This document shows, in pieces, positions 9,190 through 18,659 of a stretch of 32,000 nucleotides of DNA. The notes below the pieces were generated by a model that saw only the letters and a program-made list of their open reading frames with translations, was not told the origin of the DNA and did no database searches. Source of the DNA: Desulfobulbus propionicus DSM 2032 (GTDB lineage: Bacteria; Desulfobacterota; Desulfobulbia; Desulfobulbales; Desulfobulbaceae). The position numbers were made by a program, and so were the translations under genes. The DNA lies in the NCBI RefSeq assembly GCF_000186885.1, contig NC_014972.1, positions 960,001 to 992,000 of the forward strand, written 5' to 3'. Each line of letters starts with the position of its first letter. Position 1 is the stretch's first letter.

Positions 9190-10647
9190 TCAACGCTGAT
9201 CCATGCCGTCACGGGCATGCCGGCCTGAGGCCTGGTCAACGATTGTTCGACACAGGTCGGGAAAAATGAAGGCGTGAAACGGTAGTACCGCATACCAATA
9301 TACTCGTCCCCATAATCCACGGGGAATGAAATGAGCGGTTTGGACCAAGGTATCGCGCTGTAGATCGAATTCCAGCCAGGCCTTGCCGGGAAGTTTCATC
9401 TGTGCCACCAGGAGGAGGCGTTTGTTGGGCACAAGATCGGCGACTTTCCAGAAATCGACCGCATCGCCGATACGCAGATCCGAAGCAAGGCGACGACCAC
9501 GGTTCAGGCCATAGCCACCCATGATTTTATCAATCCACCCCCGCACCTGCCAGAGAAAGGTATAGGAATACCACCCTGTTTCCCCCCCAAGGCTGAGAAT
9601 TGAAGAAAACACCTGTTCTGCGGGAATCCCGGCGAAGGAAACCGTGCGGACATCGCGAAAAATCGATTCGCCCGGCATCGCTTGTTCGTTGATATCGCAG
9701 ACGGCTCCCGGGCTGGAATCGCACCAGCGGCTTAGCACCAGATCGTGTTCCAGTTCCTCAAGAGCCCGGCGGACAGCCTGTTGATAGGGCTGGGGATGAA
9801 TATGAGGAAAATATTGCCGCGCATGGTCATTTTGTACCAGAGTTTCCGATTTCAGTCCCTCTACCAATGCTGCCCCCACCTTGTAGGGGACCGGAGTGAC
9901 CAGCGTCAGCCAATAGGAACTCAGGCGCGGACTTAAAAAAGGAACGGGAACGATCCACCGCCGCAATCCCATGACCGTAGCGGTTTGGGTGAGCATGTCC
10001 ATGAAGCTCATGGGCGGTGCGCCGATATCGACGATCAGGTTCTCGGGTGGATCAAGGTCGACGGCTGCCGTCAGGTAGGCAATGACGTCATCAATGCCAA
10101 TGGGCTGGGTCAGGGTGCGTACCCAGCGAGGGGTGATCATGAACGGTAGTTTTTCGACAAGATGGCGGATTATTTCGAAACTGGTGCTGCCCGAGCCAAT
10201 GATTACCCCGGCGCGAAACCAGATGGTGCGGAGACGGTCGGGGAATGCGGAGAGAATTTCGCCTGTTTCAATGCGACTGGCCAAATGAGCCGAGGCCGAT
10301 TGTCGAAGACCAAGTCCTCCCAGATAAATGATTTTTCGTACACCCATTTCCATGCAGGCGTTGCGAAAATTTTCAGCACTTTCCCGATCGAGCCGGCTGA
10401 AATCTTCCCCGGTGCCCATGGAATGGATGAGATAAATGGCGGTCTCGACTCCGGCCAATGCCTGGCGCAACGCTCCCATGTCAAAGGTGTCTCCTTCGAT
10501 GACCACGGATTGCGCGCGGGTTTTTGCCGTGAGTTTCTTGGCATTGCGAACCAGGAGGCGGAGGGACAGGGTAGCCTGTTCCCGGAGCGCCTTTTCCAGA
10601 CGGCGGCCAATATACCCAGTGGCTCCTGTGAGCAAGACGGTGGACAT
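9190..10647 (-). CDS. NAD(P)-dependent epimerase/SDR family protein with a C-terminal DUF2867-like domain
   Basis: Rossmann motif TVLLTGATGYIGRRL; C-terminal GDAVDFWKVADLVPNKRLLLVAQMKLPGKAWLEFDLQ...LWGRVYWYAVLPFHAFIFPD. Confidence 0.87.
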   Translation of the reverse strand: MSTVLLTGATGYIGRRLEKALREQATLSLRLLVRNAKKLTAKTRAQSVVIEGDTFDMGALRQALAGVETAIYLIHSMGTGEDFSRLDRESAENFRNACMEMGVRKIIYLGGLGLRQSASAHLASRIETGEILSAFPDRLRTIWFRAGVIIGSGSTSFEIIRHLVEKLPFMITPRWVRTLTQPIGIDDVIAYLTAAVDLDPPENLIVDIGAPPMSFMDMLTQTATVMGLRRWIVPVPFLSPRLSSYWLTLVTPVPYKVGAALVEGLKSETLVQNDHARQYFPHIHPQPYQQAVRRALEELEHDLVLSRWCDSSPGAVCDINEQAMPGESIFRDVRTVSFAGIPAEQVFSSILSLGGETGWYSYTFLWQVRGWIDKIMGGYGLNRGRRLASDLRIGDAVDFWKVADLVPNKRLLLVAQMKLPGKAWLEFDLQRDTLVQTAHFIPRGLWGRVYWYAVLPFHAFIFPDLCRTIVDQASGRHARDGMDQR

Positions 10648-10777
10648 GACGCGCTACAATTTTTTTGGTTGTTGGGGGGAAACGAAAAGTGGCTACAAGG
10701 TTCAGCAGGAGGAGACGACCCGCAGTACCCTTCTTTCGTCACTGCCGCGAACAGGCAACGGCAATCTTTGTGCATGA

Positions 10778-10810
10778 GGAAAAAAGAAACGGCGGGCTGG
10801 CGGCCCGCCG
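10778..10810 (-). terminator. Rho-independent terminator downstream of the LysM lytic transglycosylase gene
   Basis: On the minus strand: CGGCGGGC-CGCCA-GCCCGCCG followed by TTTCTTTTTTCC. Confidence 0.85.
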
Positions 10811-10815
10811 GAGTA

Positions 10816-12663
10816 TCAGCCTTTTTTAACGAGCAGTTTATTGCCCGTTTGCACCGTGTTGGTGCTGAGTTTGTTCCAGGCTCGAATGTCCTGGGTGGAG
10901 GTTTGAAATTTTTTGGCGATCGCCGTCAGGGTGTCGCCATTTTTAACAACATACCATGTGTGTGGTTTTGTGCTTTTGGCGATCGCAACCGAAACCTTGG
11001 CTGCAGGCTCCGCTTTTGCGGTTTTGGCGATACTTGTTTTGGTCGCCGTCGGTTTGATCACTTCTGGCTTGTTGCCAGATGGCGCCTTGGCTACATTTTG
11101 CACGCTTTGTTTTTTGGTGGACGGATCCAGGGTCGGGATCGCGGCTGTCTTCGCCGCAGCAATCTTGACCGCCTTCGCGGCCACGGTCACCGGTTCTGGC
11201 TGCGGCCGCTCCGGATACAGGGAGAGTTTCTGGCCGCTTTTGATCGTGCTGGAGTTGGCGATTTTATTCCAGCGCAGGATGTCCTTGGTCGAAACCTGAT
11301 ATTGCTTGGCGATGGATGCCACGGTTTCACCCTGTTTGACCCGGTGGGAGACGGCCTGTTGCTTGGCAGGCTCGACTTTCACCATCTTCCCTGGTTTGTC
11401 GACTTTGGCGACGCGATCCTCGGCCTGGTCCTCGCTGTTGAGCAGCACATACTTTGTCGAGGTGGACGGTATCTGGAGACGTAATCCTCTTTTCAGCTGG
11501 GCGGTGCGCAGATTGTTCGCCTTGAGCAGGCTGGTCTTGCTGATCTTGTAAAGGTTGCAGATCTCGGTCAGCGTTTCACCCTTTTTGACGGTGTGGGTCG
11601 TGTAGACAGTTCTGGTCACCGGTCGCAATTTATCCAGATTGGCGGCAATCAATTCTTTGCATCCCACGGGGATGCGCAGGGTGTATTCATTTTTGGGCGG
11701 TGTCTGGTTCTTTCGCAGCTCGTTGTTGAGCGAGCGCAGTTGCTTGATCGAGGTATTGGCTGTGAGCGCCACGGCTTCCAGGGCAACGCCTCCAGGCACG
11801 GTGATGGTTTCGTATTCGTGAGGGGTTTTATAGGCAATATCGGTGAATCCGTATTTTTCCGGATTGCGGGCGATGATGATGGCCGCGATCAATTTGGGCA
11901 CATACCGTTTGGTTTCCATGAAAATACCTTCGGATGCGGCCACCTCCCAGAAATCCGAAGCATTGTACGTTTTCATGGCGGTGTCGATCTTGCCCTCGCC
12001 GGCATTATAGGCCGCAACGGCGAGGTACCAATCCCCGAATTGCGAGTAAAGGCGGGACAGGTAACGGATGGCTGCCTTGGTCGCCTTTTCCGGTTCGCGT
12101 CGCTCGTCGACCCAGGAATCAACCCGAAGTTTGTATGTTTGTGCCGTTCCTTCCATGAACTGCCACAGGCCGCAGGCTTCGGCCGGCGAATAGGCGGACG
12201 GGTTGAACCCTGATTCGATCATGGCCAGATACACCAGATCCAAAGGAAGCCCGGCTCTTTTCAATTCCCGCTCGATATACGGACGATATATGGTGGAGCG
12301 GGCGAGCCACTGGGTGAAATAATTGCGTTGTTTTCCCTGAAACAGTTCAAGGTAGTAGAGAACCTGCTTGTTGACGGTAATGGGAAAATCGTATTTGGAA
12401 GGATCAATCCCCAGCTTCTCCAGGGAATAGGTGGTCTTCACCCCATATTCCCACGCACCCGGCTTGTTGAGCGCTTCCAGTTCTTCCTGGGCGGTTTCTT
12501 CGGGTTCAGCCGATGCAATTTCCTCATCTTGGATGTCGGCATCCGTCACAGGGGTGGGTGAACGGTGCAGGGCCGAACGTTTTGGGTGTGAGGAGCAGGC
12601 GGAAAGTGAAATGCAAAGAAGGGCGATGCAACAGGAGTTAAGCAGAACGGGCAATATTTTCAT
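10816..12663 (-). CDS. MltD-like membrane-bound lytic murein transglycosylase with three LysM domains (lipoprotein)
   Basis: Lipobox LLCISLSACSS; SLT catalytic region AMIESGFNPSAYSPAEACGLWQFMEGTAQTYKL; three LysM repeats (YTTHTVKKGETLTEI.., VSHRVKQGETVASIAKQY.., WYVVKNGDTLTAIAKKF..). Confidence 0.93.
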   Translation of the reverse strand: MKILPVLLNSCCIALLCISLSACSSHPKRSALHRSPTPVTDADIQDEEIASAEPEETAQEELEALNKPGAWEYGVKTTYSLEKLGIDPSKYDFPITVNKQVLYYLELFQGKQRNYFTQWLARSTIYRPYIERELKRAGLPLDLVYLAMIESGFNPSAYSPAEACGLWQFMEGTAQTYKLRVDSWVDERREPEKATKAAIRYLSRLYSQFGDWYLAVAAYNAGEGKIDTAMKTYNASDFWEVAASEGIFMETKRYVPKLIAAIIIARNPEKYGFTDIAYKTPHEYETITVPGGVALEAVALTANTSIKQLRSLNNELRKNQTPPKNEYTLRIPVGCKELIAANLDKLRPVTRTVYTTHTVKKGETLTEICNLYKISKTSLLKANNLRTAQLKRGLRLQIPSTSTKYVLLNSEDQAEDRVAKVDKPGKMVKVEPAKQQAVSHRVKQGETVASIAKQYQVSTKDILRWNKIANSSTIKSGQKLSLYPERPQPEPVTVAAKAVKIAAAKTAAIPTLDPSTKKQSVQNVAKAPSGNKPEVIKPTATKTSIAKTAKAEPAAKVSVAIAKSTKPHTWYVVKNGDTLTAIAKKFQTSTQDIRAWNKLSTNTVQTGNKLLVKKG

Positions 12664-13231
12664 ATGTAGTAGTGGGGTTTATGCAACCTTGTATTGCATT
12701 GAAATGATATTGTTTTTCTGCAAACAGCATTATTTGTGAACACAGCAGGCAAGATGTAGTGGTTCTTTTACCATTAAAATAAAATGAAAGACAAGAAAAA
12801 CTCATTGAGAAGGCAATTTTTTTCATCCAATCAGTCAAGTATTCTTCGTATTTTTTTGAAAAACTGCCTTTTTCCCGTTTTCCACACCCAGGTGTACTCT
12901 CCTGCTCGGGAGACGAAGTGCGGGGAGAAACAGCCCTTGGCGCGATAGATTGGCTGGACTGCCCGAGCGATGGTCTGGTTGTGTTTCGGGGGTCTGCCGG
13001 ATTGGAAACAGGGGGCTGAGCGCGAAGGACAGGGGGGATTCGAAGAAAAACTCCGAGCTTGATTCCTCCTAGGCTCCGCAGGTTTCCCTTTCTGTTGCCA
13101 GCAAGGTCTGGTATCCTTGCCGATTTGTCAACAATGTCGAGGGTAATTTATCTAATTCGTGCTCCCGCCCGAAATTTTTCTGCAAACTCTTGTAATGGCG
13201 GTTGGTCGCGTGTCCATCGGTATCAAGAACC

Positions 13232-16200
13232 ATGATCAGATTTTTTAAATACTGTTTTGTCTTCTTTTTCTTTTGCTCCCTGCTGATGGTGGCGGCCGGA
13301 ACCGCAGGCCTCTATTACCTTGTCGTCATGGTTCCCACGCCCGAGATCGAGGAAGCGCATATCAACGAGATCCTGGGTCGGGAAAGTCCCGTGTTCTACC
13401 GTGACGGTCAGACAAAACTCGGGGTCCTGTTTGAAGGGATTCATCGCCAGTATTTGCCGTACAAGGACATTCCCCAAGATTTTGTCAACGCCCTGATCGC
13501 GGCCGAGGATAATCAATATTTTCATCATTTCGGCATTGACCCGCCAGGAATCATCCGGGCAATGATCGCCAACCTGCAGGCGGGCCGCATCGTCCAGGGC
13601 GGGAGCACCATTACCCAGCAAACCGCGAAAAACCTGTTTAAGCGGGAATCGCGGAGCATGGAGGCCAAGATCAAGGAACTGCTGTTCGCCCTGCGTCTGG
13701 AGCATCGGTACAGCAAGGAGAAAATCCTCGAATTTTATTGCAATCAGTTTTTTGTCAGCGGCAACGGACATGGTCTCGGGGTCGCGGCCCGCTATTTTTT
13801 TGACAAGGAACCCAAGGAGCTGACCCTGCTGGAATGCGCCTTCATCGCCGGCAGTGTCAAGCGGCCCAATTATTACAATCCCTTTCTGAGGAAAAATCAG
13901 GCGAATGCCGAGGAGGTCCGGCAGCGAGGAGAGGAGCGGGTCAATTACGTGCTCGAACAGATGCGCAAGGTCGGGATGCTGGGCGAGCGCGACTACAAAC
14001 AGCTCAATGTCTCTAATCTGGTCTTTCGTCAAGGGAAGATGTCCTTTGCCCAGAACACGGCCATGGACCTGGTCAAGGAGGGCCTGGAAACCGCTTTCAT
14101 CGCCGACACCCTGGAGGAAAACGGCATATCCAACATTTCCACCTCGGGCGCCCGGATCATCACCTCGCTGGACCAGTCCATTCAAGCAAAGACTGTGCAG
14201 GCCTTGCGGCGGCAACTCTCGCAACTCGATGTGCGCCTGCGCGGCTATTCACGCGCTCAGGTACAGAGCGAATACCAGTCGCTTGACTATTCAGGGGATG
14301 AAGACTTTGTGCCCGGCAATTGCGTTTTCGGCACCGTGGAGGAGATCACGGACACCCGGGAACGCGGACCGGTTGTGCGGGTGGTGTTTGACGAAGGGCG
14401 GGCTGTGGGGACAATCGACAGCTCCGGTCTGGTGCGGCTGGCCGATGCCCATGCCAAATTCGCGCGCAACGCCGCTGCTTCTGGACCGGCCGACCGCAAG
14501 GCCGTGCTGCGGCAGGTACAGGCGGGCGACAAGGTCTATACCTGTATCCGCGAGGTTGACGACGGGGGCATGCTGCTGCTTGACTTGGAAAAATACCCCA
14601 AGGTCGAAGGCGCGGCCTTTGTCCTTCAGGAAGGGGCTATCCGGGCGATGAGCGGCGGCATGTCCAATCTCAACTATAATCGGGCGACCACGGCCAAACG
14701 GTTGATGGGGTCAACGTTCAAGACCTTTGTCCTCGCCGCGGCCCTGCAGTTGGGGTGGAGTCCGATCGACATGATCAGCAATACCCCCCAGACCTTTATG
14801 TTCATGAACCGTCCGTATGCGCCCCAGCCTGATCATGACAGTCCCTTCGGCTCGGTTTCTCTCAGTTGGGCGGGCGTGACCTCGGAGAACGTGGCCGCCG
14901 TCTGGTTGCTCTACCATCTCACCGATCACCTGACCCCGGCGATGGTCCGGGAATTGGCGACTCAGGTGGACATGGCGCCGCGCGTTGTGGATGGAACAAC
15001 CGAGGACTACCAGCAGTACAAGGCGCGCATGCGCGATAAGTACGGTATCGTTGTGTCCCGGGAATATTTGGGGCGGGCCGTGTTCAGCAGTGCCGTGCGC
15101 GCCCTTAAGCCGGATTTCGTGTTCGAGAACCGGACCGGCGAGTACGGCCGTCTGGAGCGGATGCGTTACGACGAATTTCTCGGGCTGAGGGCGCTGCTGC
15201 CCCGGCTGGCCGAGTTCCGACGTTCGCCGCTGCAGAGCCCCCCCACGGTGGACCCGGACAGCGCTTTTGACAACCCGGGGGAGAGCGTTCCGCCAACGGC
15301 TGGACGTCTGGTGAAGGATACGCTTGGCCGTTTCATCTTTACCCGGCGCTCGGAGTTGCCGCCCAACTGGATGGAACTGAGCGCGCGCGAGATCGCCGAT
15401 CACCTGTTCTCCCTCGACCCGACCCGGTATGAATCCTTCTGGCAGGAGGAGGTACAGCTGGAGGGGGTGCTTTCGGCCGCCGATGTGCAGCAGCTGGACG
15501 AACAGATCCGCATCGAGCGCGACAAGGTGGACAGCGACAAGCTGTATTCCATGGAAGTGCTCAGTGAAGTCCGTGATTTCAGGGTGATGCTCGGTTTGCA
15601 GTACATGGTTCGGCTGGCCAAGGAATGTGGCATCAACAGTAATTTTGAACCGGTTCTGTCGCTGCCGCTTGGCTCCAACGTCGTTTCCCTGTCGGAAATG
15701 ACCCGTCTCTACGAGACACTGCTCACCGGCTACCGGCATGACGCCGCCGATGCGTCAACCCTGGCCCTCGCCGAGCTTGACGGACGTGTTGACCCGGATG
15801 GCGCGGCCATTATTGAACGGATCGAGACCCCGGAGGGAAGGGTGGTCTATTCTCGCCAGGTGCATAAAACGCGGGTGATCGATGCCAAGAGTTCGGCGGC
15901 CATCGGCAATATCCTCCAGAACGTCATTCCCTACGGTACCGGCAAATATGCCAAGGAACACGTCCGTCTGCGCAGTACCGATCCGGAACGGCAGAAGATC
16001 GTTGACGGCATCAAACAGACCTATCCGCTCCTGGGTAAGACAGGGACGGCCAACGATTATCGGAATGCCGCCTTTCTTGGTTTTGTTCCGGTGCTGTTGC
16101 CCGATCAATCCGGGGTGGGGTTCGAGGGGGGCTACACGGTTGGTGTCTATACAGGCTATGATGACAATATGCCCATGGTCAGGGGCAGGTTTCGGGTTAG

Positions 16201-16504
16201 CGGCTCCCAGGGCGCCTTGCCGGCTTGGAGCGACATAGCCCAGGGTCTTTTGGATGTGGAACGGATTGCCGATCGAATTGACCCGGTCGATCTGACCTTC
16301 GATGGCCTGAGCCTGCGCTATCCCGATGTGGGGCAAATTTTTGTGCCGGTTGCCCCCAATCAAGGCGGGGCAGCCGCCAGTTCGTCGGGCGCCCGCCAAG
16401 TCGTACCGCCGGCAGGTCCGGCCAGTCTCTGTTTCGGTGCCCGAACCGAGGGCGGACGGTTCGAGCCGCTCCGCCAGTTTCTGCCGTTCTGGAAAAATCG
16501 CTGA
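13232..16504 (+). CDS. Class A penicillin-binding protein (bifunctional glycosyltransferase/transpeptidase) with enlarged SxN-KTG region
   Basis: GT51 motifs ALIAAEDNQYFHHFGID and QGGSTITQQTAKNLF; transpeptidase motifs STFK (S codon at 14711), SEN (14882-14890), KTG (from 16037). ORF opens at 13202; the ATG at 13232 (MIRFFKYCFVFFFF) fits the membrane anchor better. Confidence 0.93.
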   Translation: MIRFFKYCFVFFFFCSLLMVAAGTAGLYYLVVMVPTPEIEEAHINEILGRESPVFYRDGQTKLGVLFEGIHRQYLPYKDIPQDFVNALIAAEDNQYFHHFGIDPPGIIRAMIANLQAGRIVQGGSTITQQTAKNLFKRESRSMEAKIKELLFALRLEHRYSKEKILEFYCNQFFVSGNGHGLGVAARYFFDKEPKELTLLECAFIAGSVKRPNYYNPFLRKNQANAEEVRQRGEERVNYVLEQMRKVGMLGERDYKQLNVSNLVFRQGKMSFAQNTAMDLVKEGLETAFIADTLEENGISNISTSGARIITSLDQSIQAKTVQALRRQLSQLDVRLRGYSRAQVQSEYQSLDYSGDEDFVPGNCVFGTVEEITDTRERGPVVRVVFDEGRAVGTIDSSGLVRLADAHAKFARNAAASGPADRKAVLRQVQAGDKVYTCIREVDDGGMLLLDLEKYPKVEGAAFVLQEGAIRAMSGGMSNLNYNRATTAKRLMGSTFKTFVLAAALQLGWSPIDMISNTPQTFMFMNRPYAPQPDHDSPFGSVSLSWAGVTSENVAAVWLLYHLTDHLTPAMVRELATQVDMAPRVVDGTTEDYQQYKARMRDKYGIVVSREYLGRAVFSSAVRALKPDFVFENRTGEYGRLERMRYDEFLGLRALLPRLAEFRRSPLQSPPTVDPDSAFDNPGESVPPTAGRLVKDTLGRFIFTRRSELPPNWMELSAREIADHLFSLDPTRYESFWQEEVQLEGVLSAADVQQLDEQIRIERDKVDSDKLYSMEVLSEVRDFRVMLGLQYMVRLAKECGINSNFEPVLSLPLGSNVVSLSEMTRLYETLLTGYRHDAADASTLALAELDGRVDPDGAAIIERIETPEGRVVYSRQVHKTRVIDAKSSAAIGNILQNVIPYGTGKYAKEHVRLRSTDPERQKIVDGIKQTYPLLGKTGTANDYRNAAFLGFVPVLLPDQSGVGFEGGYTVGVYTGYDDNMPMVRGRFRVSGSQGALPAWSDIAQGLLDVERIADRIDPVDLTFDGLSLRYPDVGQIFVPVAPNQGGAAASSSGARQVVPPAGPASLCFGARTEGGRFEPLRQFLPFWKNR

Positions 16505-16739
16505 GCTCCTGCCGTGGTGTTGATGGGAGCCGGCGGAGCGGCACAGTCGCGGCGCTTTTTGCACGCACTCCAAGAAAGCAATTGTCCCCCACCGTGTAAT
16601 TTGCTATTTTAAAATTTGTGTCTTTTGCTGTTTTTCCCCGCAGGATGAGAAGATGGCGAGGGATACAGATCTCAAGCGAACGTGTGCCGTTTTTTCAGGC
16701 CTCCCTTCCGTTGAACTGAATGTCTACCCGACCAACGCC

Positions 16740-18449
16740 ATGATGATACTCACTCCCCGTTGTACCGCCAAATCCCTGGTGGTTACTGCTTGTTGTTGCG
16801 GCCTGTTGCTTTCCGGATGCGCCACTGACAGCCGGATGATCGATCCCTCCGCAGCCCGCGCGCAGCGGGAAGCCGCTATGCGCCAGGAAGGGGGAGGGCA
16901 ACCCGCCACCGAAGTGGTCAATCGGGATGTGTTGCTGCCGGCGATGACCTCCATCAACACCCGGATCCGTGCCTATGAGGAGAAATTGCAGGATTGGCGG
17001 GAGGTACAGAAGAATTCCGAGATTCTGGCGCTGCCGCTTGAAAAACGCAACCGGATCAACGAGTGTGAATCTCAACTGCAGGATATTCTCCTGGAGTACA
17101 CCTCGTTGCAGAAACAGTTGCAGCAGGAAACCAGAGTCGATGCCGCCCAGCTGTTGGCCGGTAACTCGTTGTTGCAACTCAACCAGCAGGATATCGATTA
17201 TTTGGAAAGCGGCTGCGGCGCATTCCTGGTTGAGCTTAAGGAAACACCGCAACCAGCGGTTTCGGCGGCCGCCGATCCCCAGATTAAGGCCGCTTTCGAC
17301 CAGGGCGACTATGACCAGGTCATCAACTTGTATGCCAAGCTGCCGTTGGCGCCCAATCAGAGCCCGGCCGCTGAGACCACCTATCAATACGGCTTGGCCC
17401 TGCTGAAAAATCATCAGGAATCCGAGGCGCGCCGGATTCTGGGCGACCTGTTGCCCAAGGTACGCGAGCAGCAGGGGGACAGCGAACTCTTGTTGCCGAT
17501 GATGCAGCTCGTCGCGGACATTGATTTCGCCGGAGAGGCCTATGACGAGGCGCGGCGGCAATACGAGCAGGTCGTTCAGTTGTCGATCGAGAAGGGAGCC
17601 CACAAGGAAGAATGGCCCGGCCTGCAACTCGCCGCCCTGCAACCTGGTGGCGTGACGCCGGAAGAGATGAAGGAATATGGCGCGCTGCTGAAAAATTACC
17701 TGGCCTTCAACCCTAAACGTGACGGTAATGCCGTGGCCGAGCAGGCGGATCGGTTTCTGCAAGCGTATCCGGCGTCACGGTTTGTTCCCAACGTCAATAC
17801 CATGCGCAATGACAGCCGCGCGCAAGCGGAAGCCTGGGTCAACCAGGGGAGCAAGCGGGTGGAGGAGATGGCCGGCGAACGGAAGGCGACGGAGGTGCAA
17901 GCCACAGGCGGGCCGGTAGCCGCCGTGACCGCTCCGGCAGCTTCATCGACTGCGGTGGAAAATGTCCAGGTTGGGAACGCTCCACCGACACCGGTTGTCG
18001 ATGAAAAGGCCTTGCAGGAAGACTATGACCGGGGTGCGGCCCATCTGCAGGCGCGGGAATACGACAAGGCGATCGAGCGGTTGAACCGGCTGCGGCAGAC
18101 CGCCTATGAGGCCAAGGCCAATCCCCTGATTGCAGAAGCTTCCAAACTCGGTGCCCAGGATGCGCGGCAAAAAGCGGCCGAACTTTTTGTCCGCGCCACC
18201 AACAGCCGTGACACCGAGGAGAAGCGCAAACTTCTGCTCGGCTCCCGCGATTTGCTTCAGGGCGCCTTGACCAAATACCCCCAATCGGGCCTGGCCGACA
18301 AAATCCAGCGCAACCTCGCCCGGATCGAAGCCGAACTTCGTGCCGTGGACGCCACCACCGCTGCGCCGAAACCGGTCACCAGCGGCGGTGCCTATGTACC
18401 GCCGAAGGCCGGAACCGGCGCGGCAGGTGCGCCGGCGACCTCCTTGTAG
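16740..18449 (+). CDS. TPR-like repeat-containing lipoprotein
   Basis: Signal and lipobox ...CCCGLLLSGCATDS starting from the ATG at 16740 inside a longer open frame (16653). Tetratricopeptide-like helical segments (QIKAAFDQGDYDQVINLYAKL.., YDRGAAHLQAREYDKAIERLNRL..) and an Ala/Pro-rich tail. Confidence 0.75.
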   Translation: MMILTPRCTAKSLVVTACCCGLLLSGCATDSRMIDPSAARAQREAAMRQEGGGQPATEVVNRDVLLPAMTSINTRIRAYEEKLQDWREVQKNSEILALPLEKRNRINECESQLQDILLEYTSLQKQLQQETRVDAAQLLAGNSLLQLNQQDIDYLESGCGAFLVELKETPQPAVSAAADPQIKAAFDQGDYDQVINLYAKLPLAPNQSPAAETTYQYGLALLKNHQESEARRILGDLLPKVREQQGDSELLLPMMQLVADIDFAGEAYDEARRQYEQVVQLSIEKGAHKEEWPGLQLAALQPGGVTPEEMKEYGALLKNYLAFNPKRDGNAVAEQADRFLQAYPASRFVPNVNTMRNDSRAQAEAWVNQGSKRVEEMAGERKATEVQATGGPVAAVTAPAASSTAVENVQVGNAPPTPVVDEKALQEDYDRGAAHLQAREYDKAIERLNRLRQTAYEAKANPLIAEASKLGAQDARQKAAELFVRATNSRDTEEKRKLLLGSRDLLQGALTKYPQSGLADKIQRNLARIEAELRAVDATTAAPKPVTSGGAYVPPKAGTGAAGAPATSL

Positions 18450-18659
18450 CGGAATCGCCGGACAGTCAACTGATGCGGGGAGCGCTTCTGTTCAGGGAAC
18501 GTCGTCACCTTTGATCGTGAAAGGAGGGCGGCTGGAGTTGGGAGCAATGGAGGGGTGATTCTTTCCGGTACTGACAGGAGTCGGATATCCTCGGGGCAAT
18601 GCTTCATTGCCAAACGTGTGGGACAACGGCGTTCTCCTCTCGTTCGAACCGGTTGGTGG

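Noticed and set aside
9105-9190. TraB-family gene as an indicator of a conjugative or pheromone plasmid element
   Set aside because: Chromosomal TraB-like proteins are widespread and there are no transfer, relaxase or integrase genes here. It is not evidence for a mobile element.
12664-13201. Possible hidden gene or ncRNA in the 540-bp divergent intergenic region
   Set aside because: The region is AT-rich near 12670-12860 and compatible with divergent promoters. I could not find a convincing ORF, tRNA or defined RNA motif.
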